IMG/VR virus record: IMGVR_UViG_3300014838_000016
Span: 1-64,000 of that record
From: a virus
Strand: one strand, 5' to 3'
Length of the DNA: 64,000 nucleotides
The position numbers and the translations under genes are program-made. Shown piece after piece: positions 47,601-55,468 of this stretch; within the stretch, counting starts at the first letter, position 1, and each line of letters opens with the position of its first letter. Under the pieces are notes generated by a model, which saw only the letters and a program-made list of their open reading frames with translations, searched no databases and was not told the origin of the DNA.

Positions 47601-49122
47601 TAAATACAGGGGAAGCCAAGGGTGCTGCGCCCGTAACTTGAGCTACGGTATAGTCACCTGTTGCGGCAACGACCGCGCCTACTCTTCCGAAGACCGAGGC
47701 GACGGGGACAGATGATACAGTGATGAAACCTTGCGACAGGACAAAGGCTGTCGTGGCTATTTGACCCGTGCTGGTTCCGGGCGCGGCGGTTGGTGCCGTG
47801 GGGATACCCGTGAACGCGGGCGAGGCGAGTATTGCCACACTTGCTAGTGAGACGTTGGAGTCCTGCACATTGCCGAACCCGTCCGACGAGATGATGTCGC
47901 CCGCTGGCGCGGTGGACACGTTTGGTAGAGTAGTTGCCGCGACAAAAGTGTTGCCCGATCCAAGCACGGTGATCGAACCTGTGGATGTTACCGTGCCCGT
48001 GGCGATGCCCGCGCCTGATATGGAGATCACCCCAGTAGGAGGCGGTGCCGCCCAGATCGTGATACCCGTTCCGTCCGTTTGCAATACCTGCCCTAACGAT
48101 CCAGCGTTCGTGGGCAGGGTGAGGGTCCACGTGCCTGCGTTCGCTTGTTCGCTGATCGTGACGCCGCCGCTTACCGACCCCTTGAGAATCAATTGCCCTG
48201 ATACCGGACCACCAAGCGTTATGGTACCGTTAGAGTAGTAAGCTTCGGGGGTGCCACTTACCATTGTTCCTGTCGTAGCATAATAAGCAAGCTGTCCCGC
48301 TAGGCCGTTGCTTACAAATCCACTGGACCCAGCCCCACTCTGTGAGGCACCCATTCCCGCCCAGAGAGCCTCCATGTCGTTGAGGAACGCCTGCGCGGGA
48401 GCGCCTTTGAGGATGTAAGCTCGCTCGGAAGTGCTGACATTGGTTTCGGCGTAGTAAAGCCAAACTGTTCGGCTGGATGTATCGGACGCTGCTCCTGAAT
48501 CTGCTGTGCTGTAACCATCCGTGTTGAGTACGGCTACGCCGCTGTCGTTCCCATCACCACAGCCAGCCGTACCGTAGTCGGCGTGGTTGAAATCTGCCGT
48601 AAAACTGGCAAAACCTGAGGGGCTGGCAAAATCGGTGGAGACACTTGTGATGGTCACGGTCTGACCATTAAGGAATGTGGCGTTTACCAAATTCGGGAAG
48701 GTTACGGTCATGCCGACCGTAAAGGTGTTGTTCGCGGTCACCGTCAACACGTTCCCAAGGATTTGAATTCGTGATATTTCGGCGGAAATCGGCGGCATGG
48801 TCGCCGTGAACTGTGCGGGGGTTGCGGTTCGCACATGGACGATCAAGCCATTGAGGAACGTGGCGTTTCCCAACCCGCTGAGAGCCGCGTTCATGCCAGA
48901 TTTGAAGGAGTTGTTGCCAGTTACGGTGAGGGTGCCGCCCGAAATCGCTATGCCAGTGATGCCGGGCATCAGGTTGGCAGGTTGATTGGATTCAAGGTAT
49001 TGGAGGTCGTTTAGATTGACCATGACCTCTTTGGCGATTGGGTCAAAGAGTGGGTCTGGTTTCCAAATCCAGAAAGCAGCGTGAATTGTAGTGTTGCTTT
49101 GGAACCCAAAACGATTAGCCAT
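44614..49122 (-). CDS. tail fibre protein
   Basis: Repeats VTSVFGRTGAV..GDYT and APLASPTFTG.PTAPT..IATTAYV; GGAG RBS before ATG 49122. Confidence 0.85.
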   Translation of the reverse strand: MANRFGFQSNTTIHAAFWIWKPDPLFDPIAKEVMVNLNDLQYLESNQPANLMPGITGIAISGGTLTVTGNNSFKSGMNAALSGLGNATFLNGLIVHVRTATPAQFTATMPPISAEISRIQILGNVLTVTANNTFTVGMTVTFPNLVNATFLNGQTVTITSVSTDFASPSGFASFTADFNHADYGTAGCGDGNDSGVAVLNTDGYSTADSGAASDTSSRTVWLYYAETNVSTSERAYILKGAPAQAFLNDMEALWAGMGASQSGAGSSGFVSNGLAGQLAYYATTGTMVSGTPEAYYSNGTITLGGPVSGQLILKGSVSGGVTISEQANAGTWTLTLPTNAGSLGQVLQTDGTGITIWAAPPPTGVISISGAGIATGTVTSTGSITVLGSGNTFVAATTLPNVSTAPAGDIISSDGFGNVQDSNVSLASVAILASPAFTGIPTAPTAAPGTSTGQIATTAFVLSQGFITVSSVPVASVFGRVGAVVAATGDYTVAQVTGAAPLASPVFTGIPVAPTAAPLTDNNQIATTAYVDSAVGVETSRAEAAETLLQPLSQKGQPNGYASLDAGGLVPTSQLPVIPLTNTYVVASQAAMLALPDTQGEVAVRTDVNETFILAATPASVLSNWVELLFPPAAVTSVNGFIGVVDLAFTDLSSHPTTLAGYGITDALSNTTVLPSTFGAITHEWLNSYSAITGLFTATQPASTDLSDYTSLAYLASPTFIGTVTIPTAAITTATITTLNGNVNFTGAPTSSTPATVDNSTKIATTAYVQAQGYITSAGAPVQSVFGRTGVVIAVSGDYTVAMVTGAASLVSPTFTGTPLSTTPLTSDNSTRIATTAYVQAQGYLTAASSLVTSVFGRTGAVIAVSGDYTVAQVTGAAPLVSPAFTGIPTAPTASPLTANTQIATTAYADSAVSVERGRAIAAEALLAPLASPTFSGTVTFANNIAVSGTAAFAAGSLVVTAFATTGTWAFTGTMSGAYTMSGTETVSGTLTSSGGTISGSWAGAPTLTGNVAFTGVPTSTTPATADNSTKIATTAYVQAQGYITALTAPVTSVFGRTGAVVATSGDYTVAQVTGAAPLASPTFTGTAAFANITVSGTTSFAAGSIAYAALSGTPTITNAWSALTNATGNLTLANAGFTTTFNQTSAVLWDWENTTTASAITTNASPLHGFSAQYWNGASANDQWTIGSVMTAGTNAISTLTIAHTGTTGAAQIQLPTPLSYGVTDPQIIGPAGATCGISIGGNASFPLLVATIAGSVDIMRGYQGGTNQGSITSQSTSVSFGLYNQLALGTAEIGSAQSPSATYTGGKPLVSLGHGGSTWATTGAGPYIGINVGAEVSLGGNNSVHLNWAPTAGAGTFTAMQIAPTINQTLTASGSYTALKVAVTETALLGTANKLIDCFAGAAGTTEVFSVDNKGNVMQAGHGNVSAANGDTAGVITSGSGTTVSKTYAVNYTSTPIVVVTPTTNAGAFYISASSNSGFTITYATSGAQTFNCMVTGNPN

Positions 49123-49356
49123 TTTGCTCCGAGTTAGCTGAATGCAGACGGACGCCGACGTAAGCGCACTACGACCGCTGTTCATGCTTAGAAACGGCCT
49201 TGTGGTTGGGGTTCCGCCTCTATCTATGTGTCTGAAAAACTGGTTTTCGTTTCGCGGACAAAATTGGGAAAATCGTTGTCTGGTTCGAAGTCCATATACT
49301 GTAACCCGTTGAAAATAAGCCGTAAAAACTCACCAAAAACCTATCGGTTTTGCCAT

Positions 49357-49372
49357 TTTTCTTGGTATAATA
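49357..49372 (+). promoter_or_regulatory. early-type promoter TTTTCTTGGTATAATA
   Basis: Near-identical copies at ~56400 and ~62899. Confidence 0.65.
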
Positions 49373-49377
49373 GCCAC

Positions 49378-49737
49378 ATGATGGATAACGTCATCCTAGA
49401 TGTCATTCGAGCGATTCCTCAGCAGGCTCAGCGGCAGTATGGCACCGACGAACAGCTTCGCCTAGCAATGGCGGCTGCCAACAAGCTTGGCCTTTACGAC
49501 GCCGCCGACGTGATCCGCCGTCTGGCGGGGGACGACGAACTGGCGAACGCGGCGGAACGGCACGCGGGGCATGTGTGCACTTCCCCTTGTGAGCCGTGTT
49601 GCGAGAAAGACCCCGAATACGACATGGAGTTGCACGCGACTCAGCCGAAGAAGGATTGGCCGACCGTGAAGGCAGAAGCCAAGTTACGCGAAGACTGGCG
49701 TGACCGCAGGGCAGCACGAGATTTTCAGAGAGACTAA
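49378..49737 (+). CDS. hypothetical protein
   Basis: ATG 6 nt after TATAAT. Confidence 0.7.
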   Translation: MMDNVILDVIRAIPQQAQRQYGTDEQLRLAMAAANKLGLYDAADVIRRLAGDDELANAAERHAGHVCTSPCEPCCEKDPEYDMELHATQPKKDWPTVKAEAKLREDWRDRRAARDFQRD

Positions 49738-49754
49738 TTCAAGGGGGTATCACT

Positions 49755-50108
49755 ATGGCACGAATTTGCTCAATTCCAGCAGAAGTTGGTCCTCAACCCA
49801 AGTTCCATGATTGCGACGGTGACTTCAAAAAGTACACCACCGCGACCGACAAGTGGATCAAGACGGTCGTCGAGTACGCCAAGAAGAACGGTTCTGGCGA
49901 ACTTGCTGGCGAGATCGTTCGCTTCCACGTGGCTGACGGCCACGCTCAGTACGTGGTGTTTTCGTCCAAGCCGCTGCAACTGATTCACCTGCCCGTCTAC
50001 GATGCGTGGCACTTCCAGTACGCCAACCGTCTGACGGTCAAGGACATCAAGGAAGAAGTTCGGCGTAACAAATCACTCAAGGCGATGTTCGCCTCGAAGG
50101 GGCAATAA
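49755..50108 (+). CDS. hypothetical protein
   Basis: RBS; FHVADGHAQY. Confidence 0.75.
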   Translation: MARICSIPAEVGPQPKFHDCDGDFKKYTTATDKWIKTVVEYAKKNGSGELAGEIVRFHVADGHAQYVVFSSKPLQLIHLPVYDAWHFQYANRLTVKDIKEEVRRNKSLKAMFASKGQ

Positions 50109-50205
50109 TGGCAACCGATTACCTAGAATGCAAAGGCGGCAACGGGCGAAGCTGCTCTCAAGAGGCACTTGTAAGCGAAATCTCGGGGAAAAGGATAACT
50201 AAATC

Positions 50206-50574
50206 ATGAACTTAGATAGCGTTCGCATTCAATTCCAATCGCAGAACCCACACAACACCCTGTTCCTGAAAGTGTGGGCCGACGTTAACAACGAGCCGAC
50301 CGAAATGTACGCGGCTTTGAACAAGGTCGGCTTTGCCGATGACGGTTGCCCGATGCCGCCGATTCCCGCCGAACATTGCTACGCGGCTGGCTACGCCAAG
50401 GGCGATCAGACGCAGATCGTCGAGCGAAGCTTTGTGAAGGGCGGTTCGGGCCTGTTCAACGGCTGGACGCCCGAAGAGAAGAAAGCGAACGTGCCTGCGG
50501 TTCGTAATGCGCTCCGCAAATTCGGCTTCGTCCGCATCGACCACCGCAAACTCAGACTTGAGGACATGCTGTGA
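50206..50574 (+). CDS. hypothetical protein
   Basis: AAGGA RBS. Confidence 0.7.
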   Translation: MNLDSVRIQFQSQNPHNTLFLKVWADVNNEPTEMYAALNKVGFADDGCPMPPIPAEHCYAAGYAKGDQTQIVERSFVKGGSGLFNGWTPEEKKANVPAVRNALRKFGFVRIDHRKLRLEDML

Positions 50575-50758
50575 TTGCAAAGTGCCAAGACTGTAAGCGA
50601 CAAAGCATTAGCTCTCAGGTCACCTGCCCTGTATGCGGGGGAGCTATGGAGCAGCTTTGCGAGAACTGCAACGAACGTGTACGGTTGCCTCACAGCCTCC
50701 TGTGCGGCGATTGCGAAGAGACTAAAATCGTGGTATGATGTTTGAGGAGCAAACATAT

Positions 50759-51676
50759 ATGCGTAGAGGCAGCAATCCCGTATTTATCCACGTCGCCGAA
50801 GATGGGCTGATTCTCGCCCCAGACAAGCGCAATCGCGAGCAGAGTGCGGTTGTGGGGCTCGATCCGAGCACTCGCACCCTTGCCGTCAATCTCGGTGCCG
50901 ACTACTGTGCGGAGCATGAGTGGGGCATCAAAAAACTGTACGAGGCTTTCGGCGTCAAGTACGAGACCGGCACCTACGGCCTCAAGAAACGCAAGATCAG
51001 CAAGGTGCCCAAATCCCTCGTTTGGGTGAAGATGCCCGAGAAAGATGGGCGGCAGGGCTTCGCGTACCGAGATTTCTGGTTCAGGTCAGTGGAAGACTAT
51101 TTCATTGACGACAGCGATCTCAAGTCGTATGAGATATACGACCGCGAGAAGCGCAAGATGAAGGCCAACCCCGTTCAGTTGTGCTGTGCGTGGAGCGATG
51201 ACGATTTCGCCTGCCTGTCCAAAGACCCCACCGACATCAAGTATCTCCGCGAGATTTTCGACCAGTTCCAAAAGAAAAACATTATCTTCACGTTCTCGAA
51301 CGCCCTCCCCGCTTTTGAAAACCCGGGTCTCATCATCGCCATCGCGAATAGGATGCCGAAGGAAGCCGTCGAGATGCTCACGAAGGCGGACAAGGAAAAC
51401 CACGAGATCGAGAAATTCGTGGTCAAGAGCAAGGTTCGTGAACTGCTCAAGGAAAAGGGCAAAGGGTATTACGCTCTGTCTCCGAAGCGTTGGGAGGACG
51501 GCTCGATCAAGTTCTGGCTGAACCCTTACGACCAGCACAAGGTCAACTACGGTTGGTTCACGCTGGAGCAAGTCCGCCAATGGGCGGATGACAAGGGTCC
51601 GATTCCGATGTCACCTGCTCAGGTGATCGATTACCATGAGGCGCGTTCGGGCAAGAAAGTGAAGGCTATCCAGTGA
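50759..51676 (+). CDS. hypothetical phage protein
   Basis: GAGGAG RBS; DYCAEHEWGI and FWLNP motifs. Confidence 0.75.
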   Translation: MRRGSNPVFIHVAEDGLILAPDKRNREQSAVVGLDPSTRTLAVNLGADYCAEHEWGIKKLYEAFGVKYETGTYGLKKRKISKVPKSLVWVKMPEKDGRQGFAYRDFWFRSVEDYFIDDSDLKSYEIYDREKRKMKANPVQLCCAWSDDDFACLSKDPTDIKYLREIFDQFQKKNIIFTFSNALPAFENPGLIIAIANRMPKEAVEMLTKADKENHEIEKFVVKSKVRELLKEKGKGYYALSPKRWEDGSIKFWLNPYDQHKVNYGWFTLEQVRQWADDKGPIPMSPAQVIDYHEARSGKKVKAIQ

Positions 51677-52158
51677 TAATCACCATCTTGGCGTACAAGT
51701 CGGACGGCGTGGATGTCTGCCATGGCTGTGTTATGGCACACTATTCCTCGGACTTTCAATGGAAATCCTCTATGGATCGAGGAGAGATCGCCGAGTTCCT
51801 CGCGGGTCTCATGTTCGACAACAAGCATCTCGACACGAACGAGGGCGGGTACGAATTCACGTTCCTCTTCAACGGCGAAGAGTATAATGGTGAATGGGAT
51901 ATGGCCGTCCTCAGAAGTGAGATAGAGGAGAAAGCCACGGCGCTTTACAATCTCAAGGAGATCGACTTCCAACGGAAGGACGCCGAATCCAAGAAGCGAT
52001 CCGCCGACAAACAGCGGAAGGACATCGAGGAGCGCGAGCGCCAGCAGTTGGCTCAGCTTCAAGTCAAGTATGGAACCACGACCACCGTCGAGAACGGGGT
52101 TCGGAAGACCGTAGAGGTCACACCAGCAGGCACCCTGACAACGACCAAGCTGATTTAA
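51673..52158 (+). CDS. hypothetical protein
   Basis: GTGA overlap. Confidence 0.7.
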   Translation: MIITILAYKSDGVDVCHGCVMAHYSSDFQWKSSMDRGEIAEFLAGLMFDNKHLDTNEGGYEFTFLFNGEEYNGEWDMAVLRSEIEEKATALYNLKEIDFQRKDAESKKRSADKQRKDIEERERQQLAQLQVKYGTTTTVENGVRKTVEVTPAGTLTTTKLI

Positions 52159-52166
52159 GGAGCACT

Positions 52167-52457
52167 ATGCCAGCCAAGCAAATCCCGCTGACCGCTGAGC
52201 TTCTCGCACTCGCGGAGAAGTCTTACGATGAGTACAACACCGTCCTAACCGAGATCGTGACTCGCCTGCCGCTTGATGTGCAGGTGCGGACTTTCCAGCG
52301 GGTTCTAGGGGAGGAACTGTCTCTGACGACCGCCCGCCGAGCCTACCGTACCGCTATTCGGGTAGCCATGGGGGAGGAAAATGTTCCCCGCGAGTACAGC
52401 CCGAAGCCCGTAAAGCCGAGGAAGAAGCCCGCTAAAAGAATACCGTCGATACGATAG
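52167..52457 (+). CDS. hypothetical protein
   Basis: AAGGAG RBS. Confidence 0.7.
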   Translation: MPAKQIPLTAELLALAEKSYDEYNTVLTEIVTRLPLDVQVRTFQRVLGEELSLTTARRAYRTAIRVAMGEENVPREYSPKPVKPRKKPAKRIPSIR

Positions 52458-52558
52458 GGATACGGGAAGTCAAACGAGAGAGCCAGAAAAAGTGGTTGCT
52501 AAAATTTCCTGAATACGAGTATTGTATTTAGAGAAGCTTTACGAAAACAAAAATTTTA

Positions 52559-52696
52559 CAAGCTTAAGGTCGGGCTCCCCCGTGAGCACGCACCCGATGT
52601 ACGGAGCCGAAGCAGCGTGGAACGGGGAGATAACGCTCCGATTAAGTTTGCAAGAAGGACCTCGCGGATGAGTTGTAGCGTTTAGCTGCTACGACT
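52559..52696 (+). ncRNA. candidate structured RNA or leader
   Basis: Nested helices CAAGCTTA/TAAGTTTG, TCGG/CCGA, CTCCCC-GT/ACGGGGAG, CACGC/GCGTG, plus hairpin AGTTGTAGC/GCTACGACT. Confidence 0.4.
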
Positions 52697-52704
52697 GGAG
52701 AGCT

Positions 52705-53010
52705 ATGAGCACTGCGCCCGCCCATTGGGACCTACATCGCTGTAACTGGAAAACCGGTGCTGCTGGCGTTCAATGGTTTTGTCGAGGGAATCACCATAGG
52801 TCCGCCGATTGCGAGTGGGAACTCGCCACTGGAAATTTGGAAACGATGAAATCCATCGACCTTTACGATATGCCGATTGACCTGCAACCTGTTCCCAAAG
52901 ATTTAACTCCCGAGCAGGTTCGCAGGGAAGTCATCCAAGACTGCATCAAAACCCTCCAACAAAACTGCGATTATTTCGGTGTCTCGCTCCTCCGCGATCT
53001 ACTTGGCTAA
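52705..53010 (+). CDS. hypothetical protein; C-half paralogous to 26056..26262
   Basis: DLYDMPIDLQPVPKD..QNCDYFGV. Confidence 0.65.
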   Translation: MSTAPAHWDLHRCNWKTGAAGVQWFCRGNHHRSADCEWELATGNLETMKSIDLYDMPIDLQPVPKDLTPEQVRREVIQDCIKTLQQNCDYFGVSLLRDLLG

Positions 53011-53073
53011 ATTGAGGGTTTCTGGTTGCATTTTCCCGTTGCATTTTCCCGTAGATGTGGTATTATCTTTTAT

Positions 53074-53265
53074 ATGCCTAAGCTTATAAAACGGAAGATT
53101 AAGAAAAACGGAAAAGCCGTCACGATCAAGATTTGGAAAGACGGAGCGGACGGCACGGGTGTAACGCTGCCGTACACATGCGGTTTCTGTAGCGGGCCTA
53201 ACAACGAGGTTCACTTCCGATCCCGCCGTCAGCGTAACGACCATACGCAACATTGTCCTAAATAG
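53074..53265 (+). CDS. small basic Zn-finger protein
   Basis: CGFC..H..HC; GTATTA upstream. Confidence 0.6.
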   Translation: MPKLIKRKIKKNGKAVTIKIWKDGADGTGVTLPYTCGFCSGPNNEVHFRSRRQRNDHTQHCPK

Positions 53266-53438
53266 CGTGGCTAGACTATAAACCCTGACTATGTGTCCAT
53301 GCTGAGTCTAAGGTTGGGGGCCACAATAAATTAGTGCGGGTGGTGATAGGGTCATCGGATACTTCTTTCATTGCAGAGAGTGCCCGAAAGGGCTACCCCG
53401 ATCCCGCTTGTTCCCCCGCCGTAATTTCTGGAGCTTCG

Positions 53439-53666
53439 ATGAAGCCATTGAGTATTGACGCCGCCATCGATCAGATCGAAACAGCCCTATTCGACCAAGG
53501 CGAGCCCGGGTGTGTGGATACGGAGTGGGGCGAATTGGTCATCAACTCCATTGGTCGCATTCGCCTGAAAGCGATCCTCAAACGCCTCCGTGTGGGGTAC
53601 ATCAAGCATACCCCCATCGAAGACATGGACCCCAGAGCCGTCGCCCTCCGACGTAAAAAGCGATGA
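53439..53666 (+). CDS. hypothetical protein
   Basis: GGAG RBS before ATG 53439. Confidence 0.6.
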   Translation: MKPLSIDAAIDQIETALFDQGEPGCVDTEWGELVINSIGRIRLKAILKRLRVGYIKHTPIEDMDPRAVALRRKKR

Positions 53667-54097
53667 GAACGCTAAAGCTAGGATTCACTGGCACTAGCAG
53701 AGGAATGACCTCTGGGCAAAAGGTCAGAGTTAAAGAACTCCTGTCACAAATCAAACTAGATCATCCTTCTGCAATCCTCGAATTTCATTTTGGACTTTGT
53801 ATAGGGGCTGATGAGCAGGCCGCTAAAATTGCAAAGGGTCTGGGGTTTTATATCATAGCCCATCCGGGTTACAGTCCTCGTAACCGCGAAGGTAGGATGT
53901 TTCGATCTGAATTTGATGGAAATGACGAAGTTCGTGAAGAAAAGCCGTTCTTAAAACGTGATGAAGATATCGTGAACGAGGTCGATGAGATGATTGCTAC
54001 ACCAGTGTCCAAAGAAGAGGAGATCAGATCAGGAACTTGGACGACGATAAGATTTGCTAGGCGTAGAAACAGGCCCATAGAAATCGTGTACCCATAG
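53663..54097 (+). CDS. SLOG-superfamily (YspA-like) nucleotide-binding protein
   Basis: GFTGT; G.C.GAD; RDEDIV; SGTWTTIRFA. Confidence 0.7.
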   Translation: MRTLKLGFTGTSRGMTSGQKVRVKELLSQIKLDHPSAILEFHFGLCIGADEQAAKIAKGLGFYIIAHPGYSPRNREGRMFRSEFDGNDEVREEKPFLKRDEDIVNEVDEMIATPVSKEEEIRSGTWTTIRFARRRNRPIEIVYP

Positions 54098-54156
54098 TTA
54101 GTTGATTTTACGATGTACCCAAAACCGTTTAGTCATATCAAAGTCGATTCCATCTA

Positions 54157-54753
54157 ATGGAGCTTAAGTACAATCCGAAAGAGCCCACCAGCAAGAAGGG
54201 GACGCCCCGCGAGATGTTCATGAATTGGGCCGGCTGGTTCCCGCACCCTGAGCTTGATCGGGACATTCAACTTCATCCACGGGCTTTGACTGAAACCGAG
54301 CAAAAAACCGTCCAATCCCTACCTCCGATACCCCCTGCCGATAAGTATTTCATTCCAAACGGCATTTCCCTAGCCGAATTCCACCGCCATCGGGTAGAAT
54401 GTAGTGGGGGATCAATACTGGAAGCTCTCATAGGACACGTGACCCGCGATCAACTTATTCAGGTCGGAGCTACCGACAACGGCAAGGCATTAGCCCGCAG
54501 GAAGCCACTGGACGGCATCATCGCCTTCATCTGGCGGTACGCTCAGTATCACAGCGGGCAGGCCGCAGGCATCCCTGTGACGGCATTTTGGGATTTGGAC
54601 GACGGTATCAGCCGCTTGACGGGTGGTCTGGGCGGGGTAAGTGAGGAAGTGGTTGAGTTTCTGGAACAGAAGGCTCATGAGCTTGTGGAGATTACAGGCG
54701 GCGAGAAGAACGTCGCCGCACTTCGCTGGGCTCGTACCATGGGGAGGGTTTAG
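54157..54753 (+). CDS. hypothetical protein
   Basis: 198 aa ORF. Confidence 0.7.
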   Translation: MELKYNPKEPTSKKGTPREMFMNWAGWFPHPELDRDIQLHPRALTETEQKTVQSLPPIPPADKYFIPNGISLAEFHRHRVECSGGSILEALIGHVTRDQLIQVGATDNGKALARRKPLDGIIAFIWRYAQYHSGQAAGIPVTAFWDLDDGISRLTGGLGGVSEEVVEFLEQKAHELVEITGGEKNVAALRWARTMGRV

Positions 54754-55001
54754 TGATCGTTAAAGTCTATCCGACGCATGATAATCGATGGGGGCTCTTC
54801 CTCATTGACGAAGACAAAATGTTTTTGGTGGGCGTGTCGAAGCACAGCTTCGATGTCGATCTAGCGGCTGAGCGGTTGGGGAAAGTCCTGCGAGGAATGA
54901 GCGAGGACCCGAGTCAAATCGTAGTTGACCACGCCGCCGCAGATCGTGCGGAGATTATGGCGTACCATGAAGCCGCCAAGAAAGAAGGGAAAAAGAAATG
55001 A
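54753..55001 (+). CDS. hypothetical protein
   Basis: GGAGG RBS, coupled GTG. Confidence 0.65.
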   Translation: MIVKVYPTHDNRWGLFLIDEDKMFLVGVSKHSFDVDLAAERLGKVLRGMSEDPSQIVVDHAAADRAEIMAYHEAAKKEGKKK

Positions 55002-55468
55002 GATACGCAACGAACTTCGTTGATGACGCACAGAAAATACAACGTGAATACTATCTCGGAAATATTCAACACGACACGGCCATTGTGATGATGAGCGAAC
55101 TCATGCGACATCACGGGGTCATCGCCGAAAATGAAGTTTTGGTGGAGATTCCCGAGTGCTTCCGCTCCGCACCGCAGACGGGGTTCGTCGGAGAGTTTAC
55201 GGTTCGCCAGAAAGATTCCCCCTACACGTGGAAGCGTAGTTTCGCTCGCAACATGCCGATACCGCAACATATTCGTATTAAAGAAATTTCTTCTACGGAT
55301 GTTGAATTGATTCGTCGTTCGTATACTTCCCCCGCACTTCGGAAATTTGCAGCCTCGCCCCCGTTATCGGAAGAACAACGGAAGTTTTTCTGTGCTTACG
55401 AAAAACAACTATCGGTACCATCTGTAGACGAAGGGGAGTCTACAGATGAGGAATTCAAAACAAAATAA
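54998..55468 (+). CDS. hypothetical protein
   Basis: ATGA overlap. Confidence 0.6.
   Translation: MRYATNFVDDAQKIQREYYLGNIQHDTAIVMMSELMRHHGVIAENEVLVEIPECFRSAPQTGFVGEFTVRQKDSPYTWKRSFARNMPIPQHIRIKEISSTDVELIRRSYTSPALRKFAASPPLSEEQRKFFCAYEKQLSVPSVDEGESTDEEFKTK

Noticed and set aside
33052-49122. CRISPR array or DGR template/variable repeats
   Set aside because: Repeats are in-frame protein repeats with synonymous variation; no spacers, reverse transcriptase or adenine-specific mismatch pattern seen
49150-49185. RfaH ops site in the fibre-operon leader
   Set aside because: CAGCGGTCGTAGTG only loosely resembles GGCGGTAGnnTG
49270-49300. tRNA suggested by GGTTCGAAG
   Set aside because: No cloverleaf; no tRNA gene recognised anywhere in the window by eye
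52559-52650. SRP (4.5S) RNA suggested by GAAGCAGC
   Set aside because: Lacks the CAGG strand and GNRA loop of helix 8
53266-53335. Pistol ribozyme suggested by CGTGG..GCCAC..AAAT
   Set aside because: Loop length and downstream conserved residues do not fit the consensus
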